DNA from: Candidatus Latescibacterota bacterium | Lineage (GTDB): Bacteria > Latescibacterota > UBA2968 > SICM01 | Length of the DNA stretch: 64,000 bases | Direction: 5' to 3' | NCBI GenBank assembly: GCA_965217865.1 | Contig: CBDCJO010000002.1 | Location: 1 to 64,000, forward strand | In this document: in pieces, positions 53,584 through 63,710 of the stretch | How the letters are laid out: every line of letters begins with the position of its first letter | Position numbering within the stretch: the first letter of the stretch is position 1 | Notes under the pieces: generated by a model | The model's database searches: none | Seen by the model: only the letters and a program-made list of their open reading frames with translations | What the model was told of the DNA's origin: nothing | Translations under genes and position numbers: made by a program

Positions 53584-54246
53584 ATGGCCATGAGCAAATT
53601 TACAAGCCCGCAGCCCAAGATAAAGAACTATTGGTTAGAGAAAGATATCGAACTTGATCAAGATCATAGGAGAAATACTGACGGTACGGAATTTGTCTGG
53701 AAATTAAATGGAAGAGTACAAATTTTCGAACCTCTCATCCGGGAAACCGCCTATTTCGGTGTGGATCTACGACGTTCCGTGCCGCCCACTTCGCCATTAG
53801 ACGAAGGCGAAATAGTTACCCGATGCATTGAGGGAGTCTACGATCAGAACATGGCTGAGTCTTGGTTGTTCATTCATCTTTATAATCATGCAATTCATCA
53901 GGCAAACGCTATAGCGATTCTTTTCGAGACATCTTGTATACGAGAAGGACTACAGCTGTGGCGTTCGCTATTTGAGGCTTATGCAATCTGTGAATTTTTT
54001 GCAAAAAACCGATGCGAACACCCGCAATTACCCCAAGACTATGTTTGTCATAGCCTATTGCGCTCGTGGATCCGCCAGAAAGAGGACTATAACGCTCTCT
54101 GCAAAGAGAAAGGACGCGAACCCAATTACGATGAATCGGACATCAGTCAGATGAAGTCTATGTTTGGACTTGACCCGGTTTCGTGGATGGAGCCGCGCTC
54201 CTTACCGCGCATACCGTTATGCTGTCTGTGTCGGTCGCACTCCTAG
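53584..54246 (+). pseudogene. DUF5677-like helical protein, 3'-truncated
   Basis: AIAILFE..GLQLWRSLFEAY motif; runs into unrelated sequence near 54170. Confidence 0.5.
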
Positions 54247-54530
54247 TGACCGCCAAACCCATTGGAGTGTGTCTCTTTAAGTTGTGTGGTTTCATTGCGA
54301 TCTGTTGCATGATTATGGTTTTATTGAACTTCTGGCTGACGAAGTCTCAATACGAGCAGATTGGGCGACGTTCGGCAGAGCCCAAGGCAGAGTTATCCGA
54401 ATCGGAGCGAAATAAAGATCTGAGAGACGCTCGGATTCGTTGGCACTTCAATTCTATTTTCGAATCCATGGCGTTCCTCGGACTCTTCGTGGAAGCTTTA
54501 CTCTTTGGCTGGGTTCTCGCGGCCTCGTGA
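54183..54530 (+). CDS. small membrane protein (probably 5'-truncated)
   Basis: Three hydrophobic segments. Confidence 0.4.
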   Translation: MDGAALLTAHTVMLSVSVALLVTAKPIGVCLFKLCGFIAICCMIMVLLNFWLTKSQYEQIGRRSAEPKAELSESERNKDLRDARIRWHFNSIFESMAFLGLFVEALLFGWVLAAS

Positions 54531-54634
54531 GCCTGCCCGACCTGCTGCTGAACGACGAAGCCGAACGCCGTTTGACCGACTTTCGCGATGGCTGACGCCA
54601 AGCATGATGAAGGCCTTGCGATCGAGCCAAGATT

Positions 54635-55093
54635 TCATCCGTCATGCCTGACGATCGCCGGGTGCATGTCGATTACGCACTCCGCGATGAGATCGCCCAC
54701 CAATACAGCTTGATCGGAATCTCCCGGTGGCAGACCGATAATTTCTGCATGCGAAGGGTTGGCATCGAAACCTTCCGTTGCTTCAAGTGGATCGTGGATA
54801 ATGCGTAGCGTGTCCAACTCCTTGGCTACCTCGCGTATGACAGTGCCAACATTCATCTCCGCAAAACGCCCGTTTGGCCTTAAGTGCAGACGGTACAAAC
54901 GTCGCACTTCGCCCAGTTGATGGACCTTTCCCGGTTCAAAGGCTTCGAGCCAATTGACAGACAGACCTGTTTCGTCCGGTCTGGCAGAGCGTAAACGGAA
55001 GTCCGAACCGTCAGCGGTCCCATCCTCTTGGATCATGCTCGGCTTGACGTAACGGACGATTTGGTCGCCCGCAGGCAGATCGTCCCGCTTCAT
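54635..55093 (-). CDS. ART/RES-fold-like putative toxin
   Basis: IVRYVKP..F..ETGLSVNW..NPSHAEIIG pattern. Confidence 0.55.
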   Translation of the reverse strand: MKRDDLPAGDQIVRYVKPSMIQEDGTADGSDFRLRSARPDETGLSVNWLEAFEPGKVHQLGEVRRLYRLHLRPNGRFAEMNVGTVIREVAKELDTLRIIHDPLEATEGFDANPSHAEIIGLPPGDSDQAVLVGDLIAECVIDMHPAIVRHDG

Positions 55094-55704
55094 TCGTAGA
55101 GCAACGAATACAGTTCAAAGGCATCAATCTGCTGTTCCAGTCCTTCCAAGGAATCGCGTCCAGTGACCCTCGAAATCGGTTGTCCATGCTTGCGCCGCTT
55201 GAAGATCACATACTGCACCATTCTGCCGCCAAGGAACTGCAAGCCTAGACGCGATCCCTGTTCATCCTTCCAGATCGCTCTCAGGTTTCCGTTATCCATC
55301 AACACCAAGTTGCCTTTCCGAATGTCAGGCCCGGCCCGAACAAACTGCCGGAAATCGATTTCGGAGGAAAGATTCAGTACATAGCCGTCATGCATAGCCT
55401 CATTCTGCAAGAGCTTCATACGCGACATGTAGGCATCCAACTTATCGCTTGCACCACCTAACGCAACCGCCTCAGCGTTGAACCGCTTCAAGGCTCGGAA
55501 CGTCTCTTTGGCCTTACCATCGTCCTGACTGAAGAAGGTAAATCCGATATTCCGATTCGGAATCCATGTCATTTTTGGTAGGTGACAGCTTTCGTCAATC
55601 CGAAGGCATCCGTCTCCTAGAACGCCAGAGCCTTTCAAGTCCATCGCCGCCGGCAGGCTGTCTAGCTTGCTTGCATGTCCGGCTTCTGCCCGTCCAGACA
55701 GCAT
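55090..55704 (-). CDS. hypothetical protein (putative antitoxin/immunity partner)
   Basis: ATG 55704 overlaps the upstream stop (TAATG); ATGA overlap with the downstream gene; LMDNGNLRAIW..LGLQFLG. Confidence 0.6.
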   Translation of the reverse strand: MLSGRAEAGHASKLDSLPAAMDLKGSGVLGDGCLRIDESCHLPKMTWIPNRNIGFTFFSQDDGKAKETFRALKRFNAEAVALGGASDKLDAYMSRMKLLQNEAMHDGYVLNLSSEIDFRQFVRAGPDIRKGNLVLMDNGNLRAIWKDEQGSRLGLQFLGGRMVQYVIFKRRKHGQPISRVTGRDSLEGLEQQIDAFELYSLLYE

Positions 55705-56228
55705 TATCTGTCTCCCTCTTCCGCTAACACTGGAACAAACAAAACACATCCGTCTGCTCCAGCGACACCTACATCGCCTTTCTTGTAGCCTTTGCCGCCG
55801 CCGCCGCCGCCGCCGCCTCTACCAATTTTGATCTCGAAACGATCACCGACAGACAGATCGGCAAGTTCAACAATCTGAGTTTCTCCCGGAAAGCCCTTGC
55901 CGCCATTACCGCCATTTGACGCGAGGCGGCCGTCGGTCGGAGGCACGACCGCCCCACGTCCGCCATCGCCGCCATCGCCGTAGTGGCATCCCTTGCCGTG
56001 CTTACCTTCGACAGGCTTGCCCTCGTGAAGCTCACCCCCTCCGCCGCCGTCGCCGCCATTACCACCCGCCGCCTGATAGGTCGTTTTTCCACGCTTCACG
56101 CTGGTTGCCCCGCCGCCGCTGCCACCCCCGCCAAGCGCTCCGCCAATAACCAGCAGACCATGCGACTCGGTCCACGGCCATACGAAGACTCCGGATTTGA
56201 TAACGCGCCTAAACCCTTTTTTCAGCAT
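55704..56228 (-). CDS. glycine-rich domain protein (tail-fibre-like Gly-rich module)
   Basis: SGVFVWP..GGGGSGGG..GGNGG..IKIGRGGGGG..GADGCV; RBS GGAGG. Confidence 0.65.
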   Translation of the reverse strand: MLKKGFRRVIKSGVFVWPWTESHGLLVIGGALGGGGSGGGATSVKRGKTTYQAAGGNGGDGGGGGELHEGKPVEGKHGKGCHYGDGGDGGRGAVVPPTDGRLASNGGNGGKGFPGETQIVELADLSVGDRFEIKIGRGGGGGGGGKGYKKGDVGVAGADGCVLFVPVLAEEGDR

Positions 56229-56879
56229 CCGATATCTCCTCCAATTCCAACGGCTGATCTGTACCGAACAGTTCCCGCGAGTGTTGACCCGGCTGCTATT
56301 TTCGCCCTAGCCACCTGTGCTCCGACGCGGTCGCCTTCCGCACCACCGGACGCTTAAGGAGATAGTCGAGTCGACGGAGCCAATGCTCTGGATCTCGTAC
56401 TCCACTCACCTCACGGAGGTGCTCTGCCAAGAACCGCTTCACGTTGCTTTCGGAAACACCCGAACTAGTATCTACCGCCGGTGGAGCAAAGACGGCTTCG
56501 CTTAGGTAAGCTCACGAGCGAAACTAAAGTGAAGCAACGAGAAAAGGCGACAGAAGCTCGGCATACAAAAACCTCATCCAATCCAGAATCGTCAACTTTG
56601 CTCTTGACTTTCCGTATGTAGTTTGCAGGCTCCCGAAATGGCCGCGCCTGCCGAAAAGATCAATTTGCCTTCCAGCAAACTGAACAACCAAGCCGTGGCC
56701 ATTTGGGTCGAGCGTCAGCGAGCCGGGAGCGTGCTGTTATCTGCTGTTGTGGCTCCCCATCTAATCTTCCCCTCCGACCTTCCCGCCGTCGCGTTGGACG
56801 ATGCCTTCCGCAGGCTGCCTCGCCCGGAAGGTTCGACGCTGGAGGCTCGCACCGCGCCTTCCATCAGTGGCTGGGGGAC

Positions 56880-57074
56880 GTGCCGGAGCATTGACCGTGT
56901 GTTATCCTGTGACCCCGAAGCGAGGATCGCCCATCGGTTGAAAACGATACAAACTGGACCCCACCCGCATGCCCCAGGGTGGCGATATGTTCTCTTGCCG
57001 CAACGACCGATCAACGCGAAAAGGCAAGCACTCAATCTGATTGGTGAGGTGAGACGAAGAACGGTTTTTTGCAT
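56880..57074 (-). pseudogene. collapsed paralog of the WD40 gene (leader fused to one WD repeat)
   Basis: MQKTVLRLTSPIRLSACLFAL matches the leader of the 61706 gene; followed by WD-like DNA. Confidence 0.75.
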
Positions 57075-57125
57075 CGGGTTATGCTCTTCTCAAGTGAAAG
57101 ACATCCGCCTGCACGGACAGACAGG

Positions 57126-60100
57126 TCAATTTGATGACGCTTCCTTGCCGAAGTCGTTGGCAAAGATAAAAAAATCACCAAGCCCAATTATGTCATCCCC
57201 ATCCAGATCATACCGCGCTTCATATCCCTTATCGCCTTGACTTGATCCAAACTGTTCGGCAAACCGGAAAAAGTCGGCAAGGTCAACAGTACCATCGCCA
57301 TCAAAGTCGGAATTAGGGGCTTGAGGTGTGCTGTACGGCGACATATCCCACAGCAGAATCGTGCCATCACTTGACCCGGAAACGAGCATTGTCCCATCGG
57401 GGGAAAACGGCACGGAATGGACCCCGGCCCCAGATGTATGCCCCTTAAGGGTGGCGATATTTTCTCTTGTCGCCACGCCCCATAGCTTGACAACGCCATC
57501 ATCTGCCCCGGAAGCGAGCATCGTCCCATCGGGCGAAAACGACACCGATTGGACATACCCACCATGCCTGAGAGTGGCGATATTTTCTCTTGCCGCAACG
57601 TCCCACAGCCTGACCGTGCCATCCCCTGCTATGGAAGCGAAAGTCGTCCCATCGGGCGAAAACGACACCGATTGGACTGACCCACCATGCCTGAGAGTGG
57701 CGATATTTTCTCTTGCCGCAACGTCCCACAGCAGAATCCTGCCATCCCCTGACCCGGAAACGAGCATTGTCCCATCGGGGGAAAACGACACGGAAGTGAT
57801 CCAAGATGTATGCCCCTCAAGGGTGGCGATATTTTCGCCCGTCGCAACCTCCCACAGCCTGACCGTTCTATCATATGACCCTGAAGCGAGAATCGTCCCA
57901 TCGGGCGAAAACGATAAAAACTTGACCGAAGACGTATGCCCCTCAAAGGTGGCGATATTTTCGCCCGTCGCAACCTCCCACAACTTGGCCGTTCTATCAT
58001 TTGACCCTGAAGCGAGAATCGTCCCATCGGGCGAAAACGATACGGAACGGACTGACCCACCATGCCTGAGAGTGGCGATATTTTCGCCCGTCGCAACCTC
58101 CCACAACTTGGCCGTTCTATCATTTGACCCTGAAGCGAGAATCGTCCCATCGGGCGAAAACGATACGGAACGGACTGACCCACCATGCCTGAGAGTGGCG
58201 ATATTTTCTCTTGCCGCAACGTCCCACAGCAGAATCCTGTCATTCCATGACCCGATAGCGAGGATCGTCCCATCGGGCGAAAACGATACGGAACGGACCC
58301 AAGACGTATGCCCCTCCAGGGCAACAGCATTTCCCGTCGCCACGTCCCACAGCAGAATCCTGTCCTTCCCTGACCTGGAAGCGAGCATCGTCCCATCGGG
58401 CGAGAACGATACGGAACGGACCCAAGACGTATGCCCCTCCAGGGTGGCGATATTCGTGCCCGTCGCAACGTCCCACAGCTTGACCGTCCCACCTGCCCCG
58501 AAAGCGAGGGTCGTCCCATCGGGCGAAAACAACACCGAATTGACCTGACGCGTATGCCCTTCGAGGGTGGCGATATTTTCTCTTGCCGCAACGTCCCACA
58601 GCCTGACCGTGCCATCCCATGATCCGGAAGCGAGCATCGTCCCATCGGGCGAAAACGATACGGACCTGATCCTATCCGTATGCCCCTCCAGGGTGGCGAT
58701 ATTCGTGCCCGTCGCAACGTCCCACAGCTTGACCGTGCTATCATTCCACGGCACCGAAGCGAGGATCGTCCCATCGGGCGAAAACGATACGGACTGGACC
58801 ACATCCGTATGCCCCTCCAGGGTGGCGATATTTTCGCCCGTCGCAACCTCCCACAGCCTGACCGTTCTATCATTTGATCCGGAAGCGAGCATCGTCCCAT
58901 CGGGCGAAAACGACACCGAATTGACCTGACGCGTATGCCCCTCAAGGGTGGCGATATTTTCGCCCGTCGCAACCTCCCACAGCTTGACCGTGCTATCCCC
59001 TGACCCGGAAGCGAGGATCGTCCCATCGGGTGAAAACGACACCGAATGGACCCAAGACGCAGTGGGTAGCAGCGCGAGGGCACGAGCCGTCGCCACATCG
59101 TAAAGCCAGATGCCAACGCCACTTGCCACAGCGAGGCCTTGACCATCCGGTGAAAGGGCAACCGCCCTGTCGCTTTGACCGAGGCGTCCTTTTCCCAGGC
59201 GAAAGATTGCACCATCGGGTACATGCCACGTCCGATAATCCCGCATGCTCGGCATGGCAGGCGTTCCAACGCCCACCGCATTAAACGTCACCCGCTCAAA
59301 CCCGGCAACCCTCACCTCGACAGTGTTTGTTCCCGGATTGGGACCAAGGGTAAGGATACGCTCTGCCCGGCCGTTGGCATCGGTCGTTGCCTTATCAACA
59401 GTGAACCTTTCGCTGAGCCGCCCCTCGCCTGCGGTGACCGTAAACGTGACTTGCGCACCCGGTAAGGGATTATCATACTGATCTCTCACTTCAACTGACA
59501 AGGGGTTCGCCAACGCGGCACCGGGCATGCCCTGCTGGTTATCGTCGGAGATTTTCACCAGCATTCGTGGACGGGGCCGCGTCCACGCAGACATATCCCA
59601 CAGCAGAATCGTGCCATCATCCAATCGCACCTCTGACCCGGAAGCGAGCATCGTCCCATCGGGGGAAAACGACACCGAATAGACCGGTCCCGTATGCCAG
59701 ATAGTGGCGATATTTTCGCCCGTCGCAACGTCCCACAGATTGACCGTTTTATCCCATGACCCGGAAGCGAGCATCGTCCCATCGGGCGAAAACGACACCG
59801 AATTGACCTGACGCGTATGCCCCTCAAGGGTGGCGATATTTTCGCCCGTCGCAACCTCCCACAGCCTGACCGTTCTATCATATGACCCTGAAGCGAGGGT
59901 CGTCCCATCGGGGGAAAACGACACCGAACTGACCGCCACATCCTTAAGCGTGGCGATATTCGTGCCCGTTGCAACGTCCCACAGATTGACCGTTCTATCA
60001 TGTGACCCGGAAGCGAGGGTCGTCCCATCGGGGGAAAACGATACGGACCTGATCCAATTCGTATGCCCCTCCAGGGTGGCGATATTTTCGCCCGTCGCAA

Positions 60101-61706
60101 CGTCCCACAGATTGACCATGCCATCCGCTGATCCGGAAGCGAGGGTCGTCCCATCGGGGGAAAACGACACCGAACTGACCCAAGACGTATGCCCTTCAAA
60201 AGTGGCGATATTCGTGCCCGTCGCAACGTCCCACAGATTGACCATGCCATCCGCTGATCCGGAAGCGAGGGTCGTCCCATCGGGGGAAAACGACACCGAA
60301 CGGACCGCCACATCCTTAAGCGTGGCGATATTCGTGCCCGTCGCAACCTCCCACAGCTTGACCGGGCTACCATATGACCCGGAAGCGAGGGTCGTCCCAT
60401 CGGGGGAAAACGACACCGAACTGACCGCCACATCCTTAAACGTGGCGATATTCGTGCCCGTCGCAACGTCCCACAGATTGACCGTTTTATCCCCTGCCAT
60501 GGAAGCGAGGATCGTCCCATCGGGGGAAAACGACACCGAACTGACCCAAGACGTATGCCCTTCAAAAGTGGCGATATAGTATGGCGAAATTTCCACAAGG
60601 GTAAAAGACGCATAGCCCACATTCCCATCCGTATCAACGGCCTCGGCACGAATCGGATGCGCAACAGGGCTGGAAAGACTGCTAAAGATAGCAGATGGAA
60701 TAACGCCGTCGTAATCGAATTCAACGACGGCATCTTTTTCATCTCCCAATCCATGACACGCCTTCACTTCAAGATGTCCGGCGGGGGTGGAAACGAACAG
60801 GATCACCTGATGAAGCCCTTCTGAATCGCTGACTCCGAGTTGGACAGAGACGCTCTTTGAACCTGCCGGATATGCAGGCGGCGAAATGAGTTCGATGGTG
60901 GGCCCCCGCGCTTCTTCAATTGGGATATCGGAATTGAAGCAGGGATGCACGGCCAAAATTCCGGCACTGCACACAGATAACCGATCCAGTCCTAGGCCAT
61001 ACGACATGATGTACGCATTATCGTTGAAATCGTGCCGCAATCCGAAGGCATGTCCAAGTTCATGGGCCACCGTTTTGAGGGCCGCCGTTTTGATGCCAAA
61101 TCCGCCAGGAACCAACACAATGCCACCATTTTTTCCCCGCTGGCCTCCGACACCTGCTACAACACGATCAATTTTACCACTACTATTATCAATGATGATA
61201 AAGTAAATGTTCTCCATGACATCAAACGCCTGTTCAATCTCGTCTTGTACATTACCAAATGTGTCGTCAAGATAATGACCATCGGGGTGTTGACCGTCCA
61301 CGCGATGAACCATCGGCTCGCCCTGCGCATCCGTTTCAATGCGGAAGGTTTTATTCCCGTATCCGTGCGCCTGCATCTGCGCGGCATAGAAGGCCTGAAT
61401 CTGGAGAATCGCAACCTTCATCGAATCAACCTCTTCTGCGCGAAACGGGCGGTCATTGGGCAAGAAGTAGATGAGCCGCACCGTGCGGGGTTCCCCAACA
61501 TTCAAATCAAACGCCTGCTTGTGAGCAGCATAGAGACTGTCTCGTGCCCACATCTCGAAATCGACCGGTATGCAGAAAAACATATCATTTGCCGGCTGTG
61601 GAGAAGCATGGCTGACAGCCATCGGGGAGAGGAAGAAACCGGTCAACGCAAAAAGGCAAGCACTCAATCTGATTGGTGAGGTAAGACGAAGAAAGGATTT
61701 TTGCAT
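57126..61706 (-). CDS. secreted zincin metallopeptidase + WD40 repeats + Ig-like + dockerin/EF-hand protein
   Basis: HELGHAFGLRH; ~8 plus ~15 WD repeats (SVSFSPDG..LWDV); Ig-like TTDANGRA; C-terminal DFDGDGTVDLADF..DLDGDDIIGLGDF. Confidence 0.92.
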   Translation of the reverse strand: MQKSFLRLTSPIRLSACLFALTGFFLSPMAVSHASPQPANDMFFCIPVDFEMWARDSLYAAHKQAFDLNVGEPRTVRLIYFLPNDRPFRAEEVDSMKVAILQIQAFYAAQMQAHGYGNKTFRIETDAQGEPMVHRVDGQHPDGHYLDDTFGNVQDEIEQAFDVMENIYFIIIDNSSGKIDRVVAGVGGQRGKNGGIVLVPGGFGIKTAALKTVAHELGHAFGLRHDFNDNAYIMSYGLGLDRLSVCSAGILAVHPCFNSDIPIEEARGPTIELISPPAYPAGSKSVSVQLGVSDSEGLHQVILFVSTPAGHLEVKACHGLGDEKDAVVEFDYDGVIPSAIFSSLSSPVAHPIRAEAVDTDGNVGYASFTLVEISPYYIATFEGHTSWVSSVSFSPDGTILASMAGDKTVNLWDVATGTNIATFKDVAVSSVSFSPDGTTLASGSYGSPVKLWEVATGTNIATLKDVAVRSVSFSPDGTTLASGSADGMVNLWDVATGTNIATFEGHTSWVSSVSFSPDGTTLASGSADGMVNLWDVATGENIATLEGHTNWIRSVSFSPDGTTLASGSHDRTVNLWDVATGTNIATLKDVAVSSVSFSPDGTTLASGSYDRTVRLWEVATGENIATLEGHTRQVNSVSFSPDGTMLASGSWDKTVNLWDVATGENIATIWHTGPVYSVSFSPDGTMLASGSEVRLDDGTILLWDMSAWTRPRPRMLVKISDDNQQGMPGAALANPLSVEVRDQYDNPLPGAQVTFTVTAGEGRLSERFTVDKATTDANGRAERILTLGPNPGTNTVEVRVAGFERVTFNAVGVGTPAMPSMRDYRTWHVPDGAIFRLGKGRLGQSDRAVALSPDGQGLAVASGVGIWLYDVATARALALLPTASWVHSVSFSPDGTILASGSGDSTVKLWEVATGENIATLEGHTRQVNSVSFSPDGTMLASGSNDRTVRLWEVATGENIATLEGHTDVVQSVSFSPDGTILASVPWNDSTVKLWDVATGTNIATLEGHTDRIRSVSFSPDGTMLASGSWDGTVRLWDVAARENIATLEGHTRQVNSVLFSPDGTTLAFGAGGTVKLWDVATGTNIATLEGHTSWVRSVSFSPDGTMLASRSGKDRILLWDVATGNAVALEGHTSWVRSVSFSPDGTILAIGSWNDRILLWDVAARENIATLRHGGSVRSVSFSPDGTILASGSNDRTAKLWEVATGENIATLRHGGSVRSVSFSPDGTILASGSNDRTAKLWEVATGENIATFEGHTSSVKFLSFSPDGTILASGSYDRTVRLWEVATGENIATLEGHTSWITSVSFSPDGTMLVSGSGDGRILLWDVAARENIATLRHGGSVQSVSFSPDGTTFASIAGDGTVRLWDVAARENIATLRHGGYVQSVSFSPDGTMLASGADDGVVKLWGVATRENIATLKGHTSGAGVHSVPFSPDGTMLVSGSSDGTILLWDMSPYSTPQAPNSDFDGDGTVDLADFFRFAEQFGSSQGDKGYEARYDLDGDDIIGLGDFFIFANDFGKEASSN

Positions 61707-61804
61707 CAGGTTATGCTCTTTTCAAGTGAAAGACAGGTCAATTTGATGACGCTTCTTTGGATGTGCTTACGATTTCAGATGAGACAATACAGGAAGATTC
61801 TTCG

Positions 61805-61919
61805 GAACAGTCAACTCAAGCGCTTCGGAGCCGAACCACTGCACGCTGACCACCGTGACGAGGGAGTCGGATAGGATGCCATGCACCGCAGCATTGGCCT
61901 GGAGATCTTCCAGCTTCAT
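61805..61919 (-). pseudogene. SNF2/DUF3883-type helicase N-terminal stub
   Basis: MKLEDLQANAAVHGILSDSLVTVVSVQWFGSEALELT. Confidence 0.6.
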
Positions 61920-62319
61920 ACTCTGCTTCTGTTCCCTGTTTATATTTGAGAACCCGATATGCCCCCCGGAAGGGCGTGGCTTCCTGCTCCCCACGCGCCC
62001 ACCACGGTTTCGACGAGCGTGGTCTTGCCCCTCACTGCATTCCGGGGGTGCGCGAGACTGGGAGCCAAGACGATTAGGGGCAGTCAGACAATCGAGTAAT
62101 ATAGCCGTTTGGCCGGAAGCTGTCAATCAGGGAGGCTTCAGATCCGAGCGATCAGAAGCTACGAGCGGATGGAGGGGAAGATAAGAGTGGTGGCGATTTG
62201 GCGGGTGTGGGAAGAGGGGAGTTGAGATTTGCGCCGCACTATGTAGAATTTCTTCAGGTTAAACGGTTCCTCCGCCACAGCTTCCGACAGCGTGAGGCGG
62301 TCCAGAACGTGGACAACGA

Positions 62320-62462
62320 CCTCACCACGGCTTCTCGAGTTGATGCGTGAAGCCTGTGTTGGCCCCTACGAAAGGCGCGCCGTCAGCACCAAGGTGAACA
62401 GCGTGGGTAACGACGACCCGGATATCCTGATCCCATGCCGGAGAAGTGGCTGTTTTGACCTG
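62320..62462 (+). pseudogene. SOS-response-associated peptidase (SRAP) C-terminal fragment
   Basis: AVSTKVNSVGNDDPDILIP. Confidence 0.55.
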
Positions 62463-62541
62463 AAGGGCGGAAGTCGTCTTGACGCTGTCTTCCGCGTCTG
62501 CGGCGCGGGCGTAATTACGATAGCTCCTTTCAATACAGCAT

Positions 62542-62914
62542 GTTACGACTGAGGAACAGAGAATGGTTCCGGGGAGAGGATCATATGGGGAGCCATATTC
62601 CCATCCGCCAACTTCGGCGGTCGTCCGTTAACGCAAGACCCCGTGGGACAACCTTTCGGGGTCTTGTCGTTTCTGTCGTATTCACAAACACTTGTGCCAC
62701 CTCCTCCCCTCGCTGCCGGTTCTCTGTTTCGAAGCGCTCCCTCAGATGTTCGAGCGCAACCGTGGGGGGTGCGCCCGCTGAGCAGAGATATCTCCTCCGG
62801 ATTCTCTGATTCTCTGTTTTTCCCGTCGGCCTTATTTAACAGCCTGGTTCGACGTTTGGGAAGGTCTTCCGGTACGTATTCACTGGAAGCCGGACCCGGT
62901 GGTCCGGTCACCAG
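62542..62914 (+). repeat. long structured non-coding element, copy C
   Basis: Same 5' start as copy A (gtta[t/c]gactga.gaacagagaatggttcc). Confidence 0.9.
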
Positions 62915-63050
62915 TAGGGTAAGCTGGGTCTTGTCCGGCTGCCGGAAGCGACTCGCAACCTTCCGTGGGTGGCAACGTAGAGGCCTGGTCCGAGCGCCGG
63001 ATGCGGGCAAACCGCACGTCCGGTTCGACGAGCGTGACGGGCAACGAGGC
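62915..63050 (+). mobile_element. group II intron 3' remnant (RT tail + domain V)
   Basis: LVRL..NLPWVAT* followed by gagcgccggatgcgggcaaaccgcacgtccggttcgacgagcg. Confidence 0.8.
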
Positions 63051-63429
63051 TGAGGGGTCTAGTTCTTGACCAACTTCGACGGAATCAGCGCAAAGATCAA
63101 GCGGGCGGACGATCAAGGGACGCGGCAACACAAAACGGGCTGCACGGCACGGCACAGACGGCAAATTGGGCGAAGTGAGAGAAGGTCCCCGGTCCCGTGG
63201 CGTGGGCGAAGTGAAAAATGAGACAGTAGGGTGCGACAGTGGCAACCGCCTCGAACAGGCGAAGTCCATATGAGGGCTCATCTTACGTAGATGTCGGGGC
63301 CTACAGGTGCATAATGTAGATTTGTGGCCCCCCAGCTGGTGAATTTGACCCCCCGGAACTATACTGCCTTTCCCCCCGGTCGTAATTCCGGACTTGCCCC
63401 GCAACCCTGCTCATCCACCCGGCCCCCAG

Positions 63430-63665
63430 GGCCCTCGACAAGCATCGTGGCAAGGGGCGGCAGAAGGTGACGGTCGAGCATGTGTACGTCCACGCGGGCG
63501 GTCAGGCAGTGGTCGGCATGGTCGAAACACAGGGGGGGGGATCGCACGAAATCGGAGGAACAACCCCCTGCATAGCGCTTGTCCATGCACCGGAGCCCGC
63601 AATGCGGTGCCCGGAAGCGGCGCGGGACGTCGTACCGGTCGCTCGCAATGACGAACGGCCGGTCG
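63430..63665 (+). pseudogene. VTVEHVHV-type protein tail and degenerate HGGxSTG gene
   Basis: ALDKHRGKGRQKVTVEHVYVHAGGQAVVG; then MHRSPQCGARK..AMTNGR, homologous to 34015-34287. Confidence 0.7.
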
Positions 63666-63710
63666 GTGGACTACGGGTTTGACCGGTTCGAAAGGGGGAC
63701 GCGCGGAACG

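Noticed and set aside
57340-60580. WD40 repeats as a CRISPR array or DGR target
   Set aside because: In-frame coding repeats with no spacers; no intact RT or adenine-specific template/variable pair seen.
57328-60754. Long alternative-frame and antisense ORFs (406, 550, 399, 249 aa) over the WD40 gene
   Set aside because: Shadows of a repetitive stop-poor coding sequence; no independent motifs.
62915-63050. Active group II intron or retron
   Set aside because: Only domain V and the RT tail remain.
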